Assembly (NCBI GenBank): GCA_963697165.1
Contig: CAVOMX010000025.1
Coordinates: forward strand, 64,001-128,000
Origin: Candidatus Bathyarchaeota archaeon
GTDB taxonomy: Archaea > Thermoproteota > Bathyarchaeia > Bathyarchaeales > Bathyarchaeaceae
Length of the DNA: 64,000 bases
Direction of reading: 5' to 3'
Numbering within the stretch: the stretch's first letter is position 1; every line of letters begins with the position of its first letter. The translations under genes and the position numbers were made by a program. Of this stretch, positions 54,578 to 64,000 are shown piece after piece. The notes beneath the pieces are model-generated. The model saw only the letters and a list, made by a program, of their open reading frames with translations. It was not told where the DNA came from and did no database searches.

Positions 54578-55228
54578 CTACAAAGCCACCTTAATTGAAG
54601 AACCCATAGAGGTTTTCAGGTAAACCGACCTGAAGTTTTTGATTCCTCTCTTGAGTTTAACTTCTATTCGCCTAACAATAGCCTGAACGTTTTCAGCGAT
54701 CTCCTCATCTGTCATAGATTCGTTTCCAATTCGGCACTGAATAACGGGCTGTCCACGCATTCTCACAAACACGATACTCTGATGTTTCTTAATCTGCTCC
54801 TCTATGTTAGCATTTGGAGCAACTGGAGTAGGCATCTTGCCTCTAGGTCCAAGAGAAGCACCAAGACTCTTACCCACAAGGGGCATCAAAGGAGCCTCGG
54901 CTATGAACATATCATACTTTTTGGCGATGTCTTTCTGCTTCTTCTTGTCCGCAACTAAACTTTCAAGTTCATTTTTTTCGATGACCAAGCTAGCACCTGC
55001 ATTTTTTGCTCTCATCGCCATCTCGCCCGTGGCGACGACGCAGACTTTGAGTTCCTTTCCAACAGAATGTGGTAACTCGATACGTTCCTGAATTCTGCCT
55101 TCAGGCTTCTTCATGTCAATGTTCTGCAGGTTTATAGCGAGGTCTATAGACTGAGAAAACTTACGTTCGCTAGCCTTGCTTCTAACCTCTTTAACTGCAG
55201 CAAGGACGTTTTTCAGGTTCAATGGCAT
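54578..55228 (-). CDS. rpl1: 50S ribosomal protein L1
   Basis: RKFSQSIDL, LGPRGKMP and KTSMG motifs. Confidence 0.96.
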   Translation of the reverse strand: MPLNLKNVLAAVKEVRSKASERKFSQSIDLAINLQNIDMKKPEGRIQERIELPHSVGKELKVCVVATGEMAMRAKNAGASLVIEKNELESLVADKKKQKDIAKKYDMFIAEAPLMPLVGKSLGASLGPRGKMPTPVAPNANIEEQIKKHQSIVFVRMRGQPVIQCRIGNESMTDEEIAENVQAIVRRIEVKLKRGIKNFRSVYLKTSMGSSIKVAL

Positions 55229-55290
55229 CTTAAGAGCCTCGCGCCAATGACGTACAAGAGCCAATTATAAAAATCTTGTTACTATTAAAA

Positions 55291-55776
55291 TTATTGAGTT
55301 AGTAAGGCATCGTGCTTTCCATCGTTAAGTTCCTTTTGAACTTCGCGTGGGTCTTTGCCTTCCACTGTTACACCCATGCTAACGCCGGTCCCCAAAACCT
55401 CACTAACCGCTGCCTTAAGGCCCCTAGCCAAGACATCGTTGCTCTTGACTTTAGCAATACGTATGATTTGCTCCAAAGAGAGGTCGCCAATCTTTTCAGT
55501 GTTAGGAACTCCTGAACCCTTCGTAACTCCCAACTCGCTAACAAGCAACGCCGAAGTCGTAGGTGTACCTACAGTCACCTCAAACTCCTTATTATCGGTG
55601 TCAACACTGATCTTCACGGGCACCTTCATGCCAGAGTAGTCTTTTGTTATCTCGTTGATTTTGTTTACAATAGCTAGAACATTTACTCCCAAAGGACCAA
55701 GTGCGGGTCCAAGAGGAGGACCAGCGGTAGCTTGCCCGCCGTTAACTAATGCATCAACAATCTTCTTTTCTCCCAT
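55291..55776 (-). CDS. rpl11: 50S ribosomal protein L11
   Basis: GGQATAGPPLGPALGPLG. Confidence 0.96.
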   Translation of the reverse strand: MGEKKIVDALVNGGQATAGPPLGPALGPLGVNVLAIVNKINEITKDYSGMKVPVKISVDTDNKEFEVTVGTPTTSALLVSELGVTKGSGVPNTEKIGDLSLEQIIRIAKVKSNDVLARGLKAAVSEVLGTGVSMGVTVEGKDPREVQKELNDGKHDALLTQ

Positions 55777-55779
55777 TGT

Positions 55780-56256
55780 TTATTCTTCCTTTTTAGATTT
55801 CTCGACAAGTTTCACATAGTCCGCGTGAACTGTGATCGGTAATGTGAATGTTGCCTCCAACAATTCAAGAGTTACATCTTCTTTTGCTTTATCAACCCTC
55901 GTGATTTTGGCTCTCATTCCCTTGAATGGTCCTCCAACAACCTCGACGAGGTCACCATCGTCCAATTCTTCGATCACCGGCTTTACAACGATGTATCGTT
56001 CTATTTCCGGAAAAGTCACAACGCCAGGAACCCGGGATCTTATATGTTTAACTCCGGTTATGGCCTTCTCTACTGAGTGGGGTCCATCAGCTTCGATGAA
56101 AACGTAGCCCTTCAAAAGTTCAGGCACAAGCACGGTCTGTATCTGAAGTTCACCCATTTTCACTCTGGCTTCGATAAGGTTTGCCACATTTTTTTCTTGC
56201 CCTGCAGTTGTTCGTACAGCGAATATTGATGTTGAAATTTTCTTTTCCTCGCTCAT
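55780..56256 (-). CDS. spt5: Transcription elongation factor Spt5
   Basis: VRTTAGQE, LKGYVFIE and KOW GGPFKG motifs. Confidence 0.95.
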   Translation of the reverse strand: MSEEKKISTSIFAVRTTAGQEKNVANLIEARVKMGELQIQTVLVPELLKGYVFIEADGPHSVEKAITGVKHIRSRVPGVVTFPEIERYIVVKPVIEELDDGDLVEVVGGPFKGMRAKITRVDKAKEDVTLELLEATFTLPITVHADYVKLVEKSKKEE

Positions 56257-56262
56257 CAGTTA

Positions 56263-56451
56263 TCAACCCAGTAGCGTACTGACTCCAACGAAAATGATTT
56301 TGATTAGGAAGCCGATTCCTCCGATTGCGATAATTCCTAGAAAGCATATTTTTAGCGATAGCCAGAGCTCGGTTCTGCCTGGTTTTGTCGCAAGTTTCAG
56401 CAATCTAGATGCTGACTTAAAGAATGATCTTAGTCCCAACGTTCCTCGCAC
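56263..56451 (-). CDS. secE: Protein translocase SecE/Sec61 gamma
   Basis: RLLKLATKP..E....K....G...G.IGFLI; upstream of spt5. Confidence 0.9.
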   Translation of the reverse strand: MRGTLGLRSFFKSASRLLKLATKPGRTELWLSLKICFLGIIAIGGIGFLIKIIFVGVSTLLG

Positions 56452-56591
56452 TTTCCAAATTAAATTCTAATATGTAAAGTTATCCCTGAGGGTAACCTGT
56501 TTCTAACATAGTTTTTGGGGTTTTCACAGGTTTTAAGTGGTTTGCACAGCACAAAAGATGTTAAAAGGCGAAAAAGCCGTAATATTAAGCG

Positions 56592-56987
56592 GTGAGTAAA
56601 ATGTCAAAAGAAGATGAGATGCTTAACGAGCTTAAGCAGATACGTGAACTGTTGGCAGTTAAACCTGCTCCGCCACCACCGCCACCTACAGGACTTTGGA
56701 ATGAATTCAAGAGTTTCATAGAAAATTACAAGGTCATGGGGCTTGCTGTTGCTTTCATTTTGGGTTTGTATCTTGGTCAGTTAGTGCAATCGATGGTTAC
56801 AGACTTGATAATGCCTGTCATTGGCTTAGCGTTGCCCGAATTAGATAACCTGTCAACTCTGAAAATTCCAGTTAACAATCAGGAGTTCGGAGTTGGAGGC
56901 TTTCTGGTGGCTTTGATCACTTTCATCATCGTAGCCTTCGTCATCTTCATATTGGTGAAAGTCACTAAAAAATGGGGAATTAAATAG
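56592..56987 (+). CDS. mscL: Large-conductance mechanosensitive channel
   Basis: EFKSFI...VMGLAVAFILG...VTDLIMP...GGFLVALITFIIVAFVIF. Confidence 0.88.
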   Translation: MSKMSKEDEMLNELKQIRELLAVKPAPPPPPPTGLWNEFKSFIENYKVMGLAVAFILGLYLGQLVQSMVTDLIMPVIGLALPELDNLSTLKIPVNNQEFGVGGFLVALITFIIVAFVIFILVKVTKKWGIK

Positions 56988-57094
56988 AAATTCCCCTCAC
57001 ACATTTTTTTGAATACTGTTTATAGTATTTCGCAGATTTGGTATTAACTTAGCATACGAGATCATCTTACCATTAATTCAGCGAAAGATAGTTT

Positions 57095-57910
57095 TTAGAC
57101 CCTTTCTGGGTCTACGTCAAGTTTCTCCAGCGCTGCGATTATCTCGGGTTTGTGTTCGCCCTTGATTCCCTTCCAATCAAGAACCACAGAATCCACTTGT
57201 TCTACGGTTCTTTCAATACATTGCCGTATTATTTCAGTGTCAACTTCATTAAGAGCATATTTTGGAATCATGTGACCAAACGCCCGCTGATTGTTTAGAG
57301 CCATCTTCGTAAACTTTTTGTTATAGTGTGGTCCACCGATTCCCAACGCCACAGAACAGCTAGTGCAGTCAGAAACAGCAGCCACAGCCGCATCTGCAAC
57401 AACCTCGGCAGCCTTAGTGTCTTTCCACTGTTTCGGTGTGCTGCCCAGTTCCGCGAACATGGTTGGCGCATCCAAGGATGGCCCATGGTGAGTGCATTCG
57501 TAGGAAACTTCGTAGTTGAGGCTTCTTTCATTTGCCAGTTTTGCCATCTCTAAGAGGGTGTTCTTCATGGCGCCCGCGGGAGAGATGGAGACCGTTCCGG
57601 GTTTGCCCCCGAATTTTGCTTCTGACAGGTTTCCGGGGGTATGCACAGACAGTGTTGGGATGCCTTTGGCGCTACTGTGTCTAGACAGGAAGATAAACAG
57701 CTGGGGGCTGAAGAGGTCACCTAAGAACTGGGTTTCCACTATCTCTGTGTTGACGAAAAGCAGTTTAGTTTCCTTTTTGTGAAGCGTTTTTATGTACACC
57801 GGGTTTTTTTGGAAGGTTTCTGAGAGTTTTTCAAGGTTATAATTGTCTACCAATTGTTTGGCGATGTTCATTCCGGCTGTGTCTTTTGTTGAGGCAATGA
57901 AAAGTATCAA
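57095..57910 (-). CDS. dtdA: D-aminoacyl-tRNA deacylase (DTD2)
   Basis: SRHSS, SVHTPGN, ECTHHGP, ELGS and GGPHY motifs; TTG start at 57910. Confidence 0.92.
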   Translation of the reverse strand: MILFIASTKDTAGMNIAKQLVDNYNLEKLSETFQKNPVYIKTLHKKETKLLFVNTEIVETQFLGDLFSPQLFIFLSRHSSAKGIPTLSVHTPGNLSEAKFGGKPGTVSISPAGAMKNTLLEMAKLANERSLNYEVSYECTHHGPSLDAPTMFAELGSTPKQWKDTKAAEVVADAAVAAVSDCTSCSVALGIGGPHYNKKFTKMALNNQRAFGHMIPKYALNEVDTEIIRQCIERTVEQVDSVVLDWKGIKGEHKPEIIAALEKLDVDPERV

Positions 57911-58139
57911 TGTTTGTGTCGTCCCTGAACGGTTATTGTGGATTATTAGAAGATTAAAGTTTTCATTTACGGGAAAGATTTTGTGGGCAAGCATTTACTG
58001 ACAGCAGAAGGACATACAATCGATTACTTTTACATCATAATTGTCTAGAAGTTAAGTATAGAGAAAGGTATCATGCCCGTTTATATGAAGGTCGTAATTC
58101 ATTTTATAAAACGTGCACATAGGAGAGGGTTGGTAGATA

Positions 58140-58451
58140 TTGAAGAAGATAAGGATAAAGCGTTATCCCCCTCGAAACTTTCCGGAAAAGTCTCTGTGGG
58201 AGATAATAGCTGTTCCGCCAAAGTCTGAGCAAGACATCGAGTTTACGATGCTCTACAAAGCTAACCCCAAACATCCGGCTGTCATAGAGGAGATGACAGA
58301 GGTTGTGGAGCTTGAAGTTAACGAGAAAGCCTTCAATGAATTGATGTGGATATTCAAAAAATATGAAGTACCATGTAAACCAATCGACGAAGGAGTAGAA
58401 GTTAAACACATCGCAAGCAAATCCAAGTTCGTCAACGACAAGAACCGTTAA
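58140..58451 (+). CDS. Hypothetical protein
   Basis: 103-aa ORF with an SD-like GAGGG, filling the intergenic gap. Confidence 0.6.
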   Translation: MKKIRIKRYPPRNFPEKSLWEIIAVPPKSEQDIEFTMLYKANPKHPAVIEEMTEVVELEVNEKAFNELMWIFKKYEVPCKPIDEGVEVKHIASKSKFVNDKNR

Positions 58452-58479
58452 AAGCCCAGTTGTTTGGAAACAAACTTTT

Positions 58480-61155
58480 TTACATGAAGCGCTCAAGCTT
58501 CGTTAAGCCGATTATTTCATCGAAGTCAAGCCCTAAAGCATCGAGAATCTGATCAAAAGTTGAATGCAAGTACGCAACGTACTTGTCCACGTCTATCTCG
58601 CTGTTTGAGGCTATTTGCACGGGCTTAACGCGGGGATCCTTTAAAACTTTAACGAAGCTTATCAGGTCTCCAGCCTTCATGTCGTAGCCAATCTTCTTTA
58701 GAAGAAGAGCAGCTTTCACATGCTGAGGAGTAGTTTTGGTGTAAGCTTCCGGCGGTTTGCCGAGGACCATATGGAAAGCCAGTTCTTCTGGAGTTTCTCC
58801 CCAGCGCCGTTGCTTTAGCCGCAAGTAACGGTCTCTAATAATTTTTTTAATTTCTTTTTTGGCTTCCTCGAATTCTGCGGGTGACTGCACCTGCTCTAGC
58901 CGCTCTTCCAGAGCGTAAAAAGCCTTTTTGATGTAGATGGGAATGTGTCGTTTCTTTCCGGTCATTCCCTTGACGTCAACGCCGCCACCCTTTAGGATTC
59001 CAAGATAGTTCTTTTTGCGAGAGCTGAAGACTGCATATCGATAGAACTTTTCTACTTCCAGTTCCATTCCCATTGTTGTCTTAGACCACTCCGCCATGAT
59101 TTCTATCTGCTCGGGAGAGGGGTTCTTCAAAAAGAGGCTGTCTGTGTCCCCGTAAAGAACTTCAATACCTAATGATTTGGCTTTCTCTATAGTTTGTGTT
59201 ATAACGTGGCGTCCGATTGCGGCTGTAGCCTCAGCAACTGGCGGACAGTACAAACTAAAGGCTGGTGAGCCGAAAACTCCGTAGCTCGCGTTCAGAATGA
59301 CTTTGAGGGCGCTTGGGATTACATTGTACCAGCTTCGCAGGTCCTTGGGCAAAGTTTTGTCTTTCGATTTAGATTTGTACCATTTGACTCTGAGATCTCT
59401 TAGGGAGCCTATCAGCAGGCTTTCAAGAGCCTTATTTTTGGTGCATATCCAATTTGACGTTTCAGGAACCTTGTTTGATTTGCACTCTTCATGATTACAG
59501 AGGAGGGTCTGATAGCCCAGATTGTAAACCTTAATTATGGAAGGATACAGGCTGGCAAAGTCCATCACAGCCACGCTGAAGTGGACTCCGGGCACGGGAT
59601 CAACAACTATTGCTCCCTTGTACTTCTTTCCCTTAATGATAGCCTGAGTACTTGTTCCACCTTTGAGAGCAAGTATGTCCTCGGCGTTTGGAATTAAAAA
59701 GTTTCGTTGCCGATGCTCATGATACAGAAAGTTACGTATCCACCTAGAAACTCCCTGTCGGCTCACGTCCTCTATTGGCATCCTCGATATTCGTGAGAGG
59801 GCTAAAATGAGTTTCATGACCAAGTTGTCGTTGAAGGTTGTTAGGTCTAGGGTGATTTCGGAGTCGCGTAGGTTGTATTCGGCAAGTTCAGTGTAGCTTA
59901 GTTCTGATAATGGTTTTTCGAATTCTATTTTTGGGAGCTCTAGCAGTGCGGTGCCGACTTCGTTTAGGGTTATGTCCCTGTATTTGTTGCCGAAGGCGTA
60001 GATTTGTATTGACCTGTTAAAGAAGAACTTGTAGAGGTCAATATGAACTGCGTGGCTGATGTAGCATACTCTTCGTCCAACTTCTATTGGAATCTGGTTT
60101 CGTTCAAAATTGAAGTGATTTCTAGCTCTGTTATACAGGTAGGGCAGGTCGAAGTCGTCTCCATTAAAGGTTAAAACAAAGGGATACTCACGAAGAGCAT
60201 CAAAGAGTTTTTGAAGCAGCACCTTTTCAGAATCAAAATATTTGACAACCGCGTCGGAGGGCAGTTTCTTGTCGCCTTTCTCTATACCATCCCGCTTTAA
60301 AACAAAAAGTTGTTTTTTTCTGTCTGAACCAAACAGCGCCACACAAACAACAGGGTGAGCAGCCTCTTGAGGGTCAGGAACACGCGTTGCAATGGGCGAG
60401 CTGACTTCAATGTCGAGGGCGACTCTACGAAGTTCTGGAGCAGGAGATTCTAGTAGACGCGCCCACGTTTCCACGCTTTCCAGAAACTCTTTTCCCACGT
60501 CAGGAAAGAGACCGAGAATTTTTTCTACTGTGCCTTCGATTGATTTCTGCTTTACGGGAATTAGTTTTCCTTTCTGAATTTTGTACAGCATACCCGGAGC
60601 TAGATTGTTGTCGTAGATGTAGGATTGGTAATACCTGATGTAGGATTCCCAGACCGTGGGGGGCTCTTGTATGCCAGTTAATTTTTGGTAATCTTCAGGG
60701 ATTATGTCTCGCATGCAGCCGCTTTGGCGACCGCCTATAGCCAGCGGGTCCTTAGCCACAACCTTTGTCACCGTCACCTGCTTGTCCAGAAGAGGATCAA
60801 ACTTTTCCACAATTTCGAAGTGGTCAAAGCCAGAATGGCCTGTTACGCGGCTAAGTTTCTCAAGTTTCTGAGGAGGAAGACTGGTGAGACAGTAGGGCTT
60901 GTGTCCGGTGTTGTCGTCCCAGAAGTAGATTTTTTGGGACACAGGCTCATACAGTTTGAGGGTGGCGAGCTGTTTTTTGCCGTCATATGAAACAGACACA
61001 ATGTATGAGGGCGGCAGGTCTTGGGGAAAATCAGGATAAACAACAGCTTTCTGCTTTGATGGATCCTTCTTTTCAGCGGGGGCAATCTCTGTCGACTTGG
61101 TTTCTTTCTTTTTAAGAGTGTTACCGAATAAATCTAGAGAACTCTGCGCAGCCAT
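58480..61155 (-). CDS. polB1: Family B DNA polymerase, PolB1 type
   Basis: DIEV and FNGDDFD exonuclease motifs; DFASLYPS, KVILNASYG, YGDTDS and KKNY; N-terminal GHKPYC typical of B1. Confidence 0.93.
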   Translation of the reverse strand: MAAQSSLDLFGNTLKKKETKSTEIAPAEKKDPSKQKAVVYPDFPQDLPPSYIVSVSYDGKKQLATLKLYEPVSQKIYFWDDNTGHKPYCLTSLPPQKLEKLSRVTGHSGFDHFEIVEKFDPLLDKQVTVTKVVAKDPLAIGGRQSGCMRDIIPEDYQKLTGIQEPPTVWESYIRYYQSYIYDNNLAPGMLYKIQKGKLIPVKQKSIEGTVEKILGLFPDVGKEFLESVETWARLLESPAPELRRVALDIEVSSPIATRVPDPQEAAHPVVCVALFGSDRKKQLFVLKRDGIEKGDKKLPSDAVVKYFDSEKVLLQKLFDALREYPFVLTFNGDDFDLPYLYNRARNHFNFERNQIPIEVGRRVCYISHAVHIDLYKFFFNRSIQIYAFGNKYRDITLNEVGTALLELPKIEFEKPLSELSYTELAEYNLRDSEITLDLTTFNDNLVMKLILALSRISRMPIEDVSRQGVSRWIRNFLYHEHRQRNFLIPNAEDILALKGGTSTQAIIKGKKYKGAIVVDPVPGVHFSVAVMDFASLYPSIIKVYNLGYQTLLCNHEECKSNKVPETSNWICTKNKALESLLIGSLRDLRVKWYKSKSKDKTLPKDLRSWYNVIPSALKVILNASYGVFGSPAFSLYCPPVAEATAAIGRHVITQTIEKAKSLGIEVLYGDTDSLFLKNPSPEQIEIMAEWSKTTMGMELEVEKFYRYAVFSSRKKNYLGILKGGGVDVKGMTGKKRHIPIYIKKAFYALEERLEQVQSPAEFEEAKKEIKKIIRDRYLRLKQRRWGETPEELAFHMVLGKPPEAYTKTTPQHVKAALLLKKIGYDMKAGDLISFVKVLKDPRVKPVQIASNSEIDVDKYVAYLHSTFDQILDALGLDFDEIIGLTKLERFM

Positions 61156-61218
61156 TTTTGTTCGTGTCCTTTAATGGTATATTTATGTGCCCATTAAAAA
61201 AATCTCTGATGCAACTTT

Positions 61219-61404
61219 TCAGGGTCTTACGCATTCAGCTTTGGATCTGAAGGGACGCTTCCGTTTGGGTCTACTATGCTTTGGACAGCGCTTAACGCAA
61301 ACCATTATGCCCTGCTGAATCTCAAAAACGCACCCACAAAGGTCTGTTCGCGTCTCAGCCAACTTACAATCCTCTTTATTGTCTTTAGTTAAGACAGCTT
61401 TCAT
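61219..61404 (-). CDS. Small Cys-rich hypothetical protein
   Basis: 61 aa with CGC...CPKH, co-oriented between UPF0280 and polB1. Confidence 0.45.
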   Translation of the reverse strand: MKAVLTKDNKEDCKLAETRTDLCGCVFEIQQGIMVCVKRCPKHSRPKRKRPFRSKAECVRP

Positions 61405-61426
61405 ATAAATTGTTTCAAGCCCACAG

Positions 61427-62140
61427 TTACTTCGAGGGATTCAGTTTTATCAGTTCTGGAATCGCTCCAGCTTTGCCCACAACGCCACGGTACAGGATGA
61501 AGACACCTTTAACGCCATCTATACTTAAGGCTCTGTCAATTCCCCGCCTAATCACGCTTTGAACATCATCTCCAGTTATCAGGTTCGCCACAGCCGTAGC
61601 AGCAGCATCAGCAATCCCAGCATCAACAGCAAAGATGGTCACCGCTTCTGCGTCGCCGAAACTGAAAGCGTGACTAAACAAACCAGAACTAGTTGCTAAT
61701 CCCACGGGGAACTGCTTTAACCTGAAGCCCATCTCTTTTGAGAGCGGCTCGTCGCCCGCAGCGAATGCAATATCGATTGGCTGGTCTGAAACAGCATAGA
61801 CTTCTCCTCCGTTTTCTACTACTGCAACCTTGCAGCCAGAATTTATCATCTCGTGCACTGCTAGGTCAGCTAAGACTCCAGCAACAGCAGCCATCGGTCC
61901 AACATCTGCCTTCTCTGAAGCTTCAGCCATCAACCGTGTCACTTCTGGGGCATTGTCTACGGCTACGGGTTCAAGAGAAAAAAGAAATCGTGGATGTTTT
62001 TTGATGTATTCTTCAAGCAGCGTCAGGTTATATTTTATCGATGATATTGCAATTTCGATTGCTTCTTCTTTGTCTGATATTATGGTGCAGTTTGATTCTT
62101 TGTGACGAAAAGCCCGTTTGAATAGTTTTTCTTTTGTCAT
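61427..62140 (-). CDS. UPF0280 / ApbE-like protein (COG2122)
   Basis: VGPMAAVAG, VENGG, ATSSG..HAFSFG and ADAAATA motifs. Confidence 0.9.
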   Translation of the reverse strand: MTKEKLFKRAFRHKESNCTIISDKEEAIEIAISSIKYNLTLLEEYIKKHPRFLFSLEPVAVDNAPEVTRLMAEASEKADVGPMAAVAGVLADLAVHEMINSGCKVAVVENGGEVYAVSDQPIDIAFAAGDEPLSKEMGFRLKQFPVGLATSSGLFSHAFSFGDAEAVTIFAVDAGIADAAATAVANLITGDDVQSVIRRGIDRALSIDGVKGVFILYRGVVGKAGAIPELIKLNPSK

Positions 62141-62550
62141 TTTCGATTGTTACGGTGCTGCTCAACAAGCGTTATGGCTCGGGCTGGACAAGCATCAACA
62201 CATAATCCGCAGGGACTGCCGATACAGGTTTTATCGTCGAAAACAACAGAATAGCCCTTATCATATGAGATGGCATCCACTGGACATAGAGCATAGCATG
62301 CGCCACAGTCAAAGCATTTGTCACTGTCCACTTCGATGAGCTTCGGAAACTTTACAACTACGCCCTTTTTCCTGAAGGCTTTAACGACCTTGTCGACGTG
62401 AACAGCAGGCACTTCCACTAGAATGTCTCCGCCAAGAGAATTGACGGTAGCAGTCACTATCCTCATGGGTATTCCAAGCTCAAGAATCACCTGCGAAGTT
62501 ACTGGCTCAGCAACGTTTTCCTCAGAGAATCTTAACAGAATTCTATCCAT
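62137..62550 (-). CDS. NIL domain + 2x[4Fe-4S] ferredoxin (sulfurtransferase iron-sulfur subunit)
   Basis: CFDCGACYALCP and C...CGLCVDACP; follows the DUF39 gene. Confidence 0.88.
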   Translation of the reverse strand: MDRILLRFSEENVAEPVTSQVILELGIPMRIVTATVNSLGGDILVEVPAVHVDKVVKAFRKKGVVVKFPKLIEVDSDKCFDCGACYALCPVDAISYDKGYSVVFDDKTCIGSPCGLCVDACPARAITLVEQHRNNRK

Positions 62551-62555
62551 CTATT

Positions 62556-64000
62556 TCACCTTCCTCTCAACTTAGCTATATCCTCAGACGTTATGAGACC
62601 CACAATATTCTTTTCATGATCCACAACAGGCAACGCAGAAATGTGATGCTGTGCCATCTTCCTTGAAGCAGCCTCCAACGACTCCTCTGGTCTTGTGGTA
62701 AACACCTTCTTTGTGATAATGTCAACCAATTCAGTTTTTCCTTCAGCAACAGCTCGGGTAACGTCCCAAGAAGTCACCAGACCCTTAATCGCTCCACTGT
62801 TATCCGTTACAACAACATGGTTAACTGACTCGCTTATTATCCGCTGCGCAACCGCCTTAATACCCTCATCAACCCTGCAGGTAACAGCCTTATGAGCCAC
62901 ACTATTAACGAATATTATCGCGTCACTCTGCCTCATTGGTTTACAAACCGAATCGGTTTGCAGACTCTCAGCGGGAGCAGACAAATAGAATGTCGCATTT
63001 TCAATCCATGACTTCAGCGTCTCCGCTATCTTTCTTGCCGTCTTCAAGCTAGAAAGAGAACTGACCTTGATTTTCCTGTCGTTGATTGTCATTTCACCTG
63101 ACTTCAATGTGGCGTAACTGACTTTGCCAAGCTTTGGTCTCCCTCTGCGGGCAACCCCATAATCGACAATGTCAGTGAAGATTTCTTCATCCCGAAGTGA
63201 AGTCTTCTTAGCCAAACCCTCATTCAGTATGGGAATTGGAACGCCGATACCAACATAGAGGCTTGTGCCATACTTGGTAAAAGCACCCCCCCGAATAAAC
63301 TCGGAGGTCATCTGTTTACAGTCTCCACGAACCATCATCGTACCAAAACGATTACTGGGATCATGCTGCGTGCCTTCTCCAATAACGTAACCTTGCCCAC
63401 CACCCAAGAAAATGCGAGTCCCAACTCCGATGGTCTCATAATCTGGATCATTCATTAGAGGATTCAAGCCACCAGCCCCAGAATAGGTGGCATTTCTAAA
63501 TCGTGGCAAAAGCTTACCCATATACGTGTAAATCATCTCATCGCGGCTGTTAGTGGCGCAGACATAACGCTGGTAACAGTTACGGAAATTCAGCAGATAG
63601 AACTGATTCAAATCATCTTTTGTGATTGTGGTATCCAGTTTGGTTCTGGGATAACAGTCTGTCCCGTATGCTGTGGCTCTCACTTCAACTTCTTTGCCAG
63701 CAATCAAATCTTCTATAACATGTCCGCCTCCATACTCGTAAGGCTGAGTCTCGGACATCATTGTGGCTCCAATGTACAAGTCAACCGCCGCGCCTGGGTG
63801 GCTGACTTCAACATCGTTTAGCCATGCCCTCTGAATTTTGATGGGCGGATCTGAGTGACCAAGATTAATTATTGCGCCTGAAGAACACATCGCCCCGAAG
63901 GTTCCTGTTGTAACAACATCAACTTCTTTATAGGCGACTTCCACGCCGCTGCTTTCCACAAGCTTCTTCATCGCTTCAGCAGTCAAAACCTGAACGTCGC
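62556..64000 (-). CDS. L-aspartate semialdehyde sulfurtransferase (DUF39 + CBS pair), 5' end outside the window
   Basis: VDVVTTGTFGAMCSSGA, YGGGHVIEDL, GTDCYPR, YTYMG and C-terminal CBS domains. Confidence 0.92.
   Translation of the reverse strand, partial: DVQVLTAEAMKKLVESSGVEVAYKEVDVVTTGTFGAMCSSGAIINLGHSDPPIKIQRAWLNDVEVSHPGAAVDLYIGATMMSETQPYEYGGGHVIEDLIAGKEVEVRATAYGTDCYPRTKLDTTITKDDLNQFYLLNFRNCYQRYVCATNSRDEMIYTYMGKLLPRFRNATYSGAGGLNPLMNDPDYETIGVGTRIFLGGGQGYVIGEGTQHDPSNRFGTMMVRGDCKQMTSEFIRGGAFTKYGTSLYVGIGVPIPILNEGLAKKTSLRDEEIFTDIVDYGVARRGRPKLGKVSYATLKSGEMTINDRKIKVSSLSSLKTARKIAETLKSWIENATFYLSAPAESLQTDSVCKPMRQSDAIIFVNSVAHKAVTCRVDEGIKAVAQRIISESVNHVVVTDNSGAIKGLVTSWDVTRAVAEGKTELVDIITKKVFTTRPEESLEAASRKMAQHHISALPVVDHEKNIVGLITSEDIAKLRGR

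Noticed and set aside
61427..64000. DUF39-CBS / NIL-ferredoxin / UPF0280 cluster as a novel system
   Set aside because: Matches the already described sulfide-dependent homocysteine biosynthesis genes of anaerobic archaea.

Overview
Archaeal chromosomal window, most consistent with a Bathyarchaeia/TACK genome (PolB1, membrane LonB, intron-containing tRNAs, Ftr homologue, DUF39/NIL/UPF0280 homocysteine trio). Bases ~1-7.7 kb form an AT-richer accessory island bounded by a tyrosine integrase next to tRNA-Val. It carries the 5' part of a contractile tail-sheath gene missed by the ORF track, an HTH regulator, a GH13 enzyme, a small DPAP-motif protein paired with a B12-dependent radical SAM enzyme, and degraded RING-like and Zn-ribbon genes. 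The rest is mostly core: tfe, trm56, hflX, mbf1, tiaS, trxB, ychF, uppS, acdB, tRNA-Tyr (two introns), tandem purP, tRNA-Ala, dinB, lonB, a purine cluster, mat, alaS, the secE-spt5-L11-L1-L10-L12 cluster, mscL, dtdA and polB1. The strongest candidate for an undescribed system is a HAD phosphatase / Ftr-like formyltransferase / PfkB kinase triad (EhaR/S/T-like) tightly linked behind purF-purD, where a GAR transformylase would be expected. Other highlights are a DUF2589 three-gene module and an apparent in situ replacement of alaS. Many essential genes are split by short frameshifts, most likely assembly indel errors. All family assignments come from motif recognition, not database searches.
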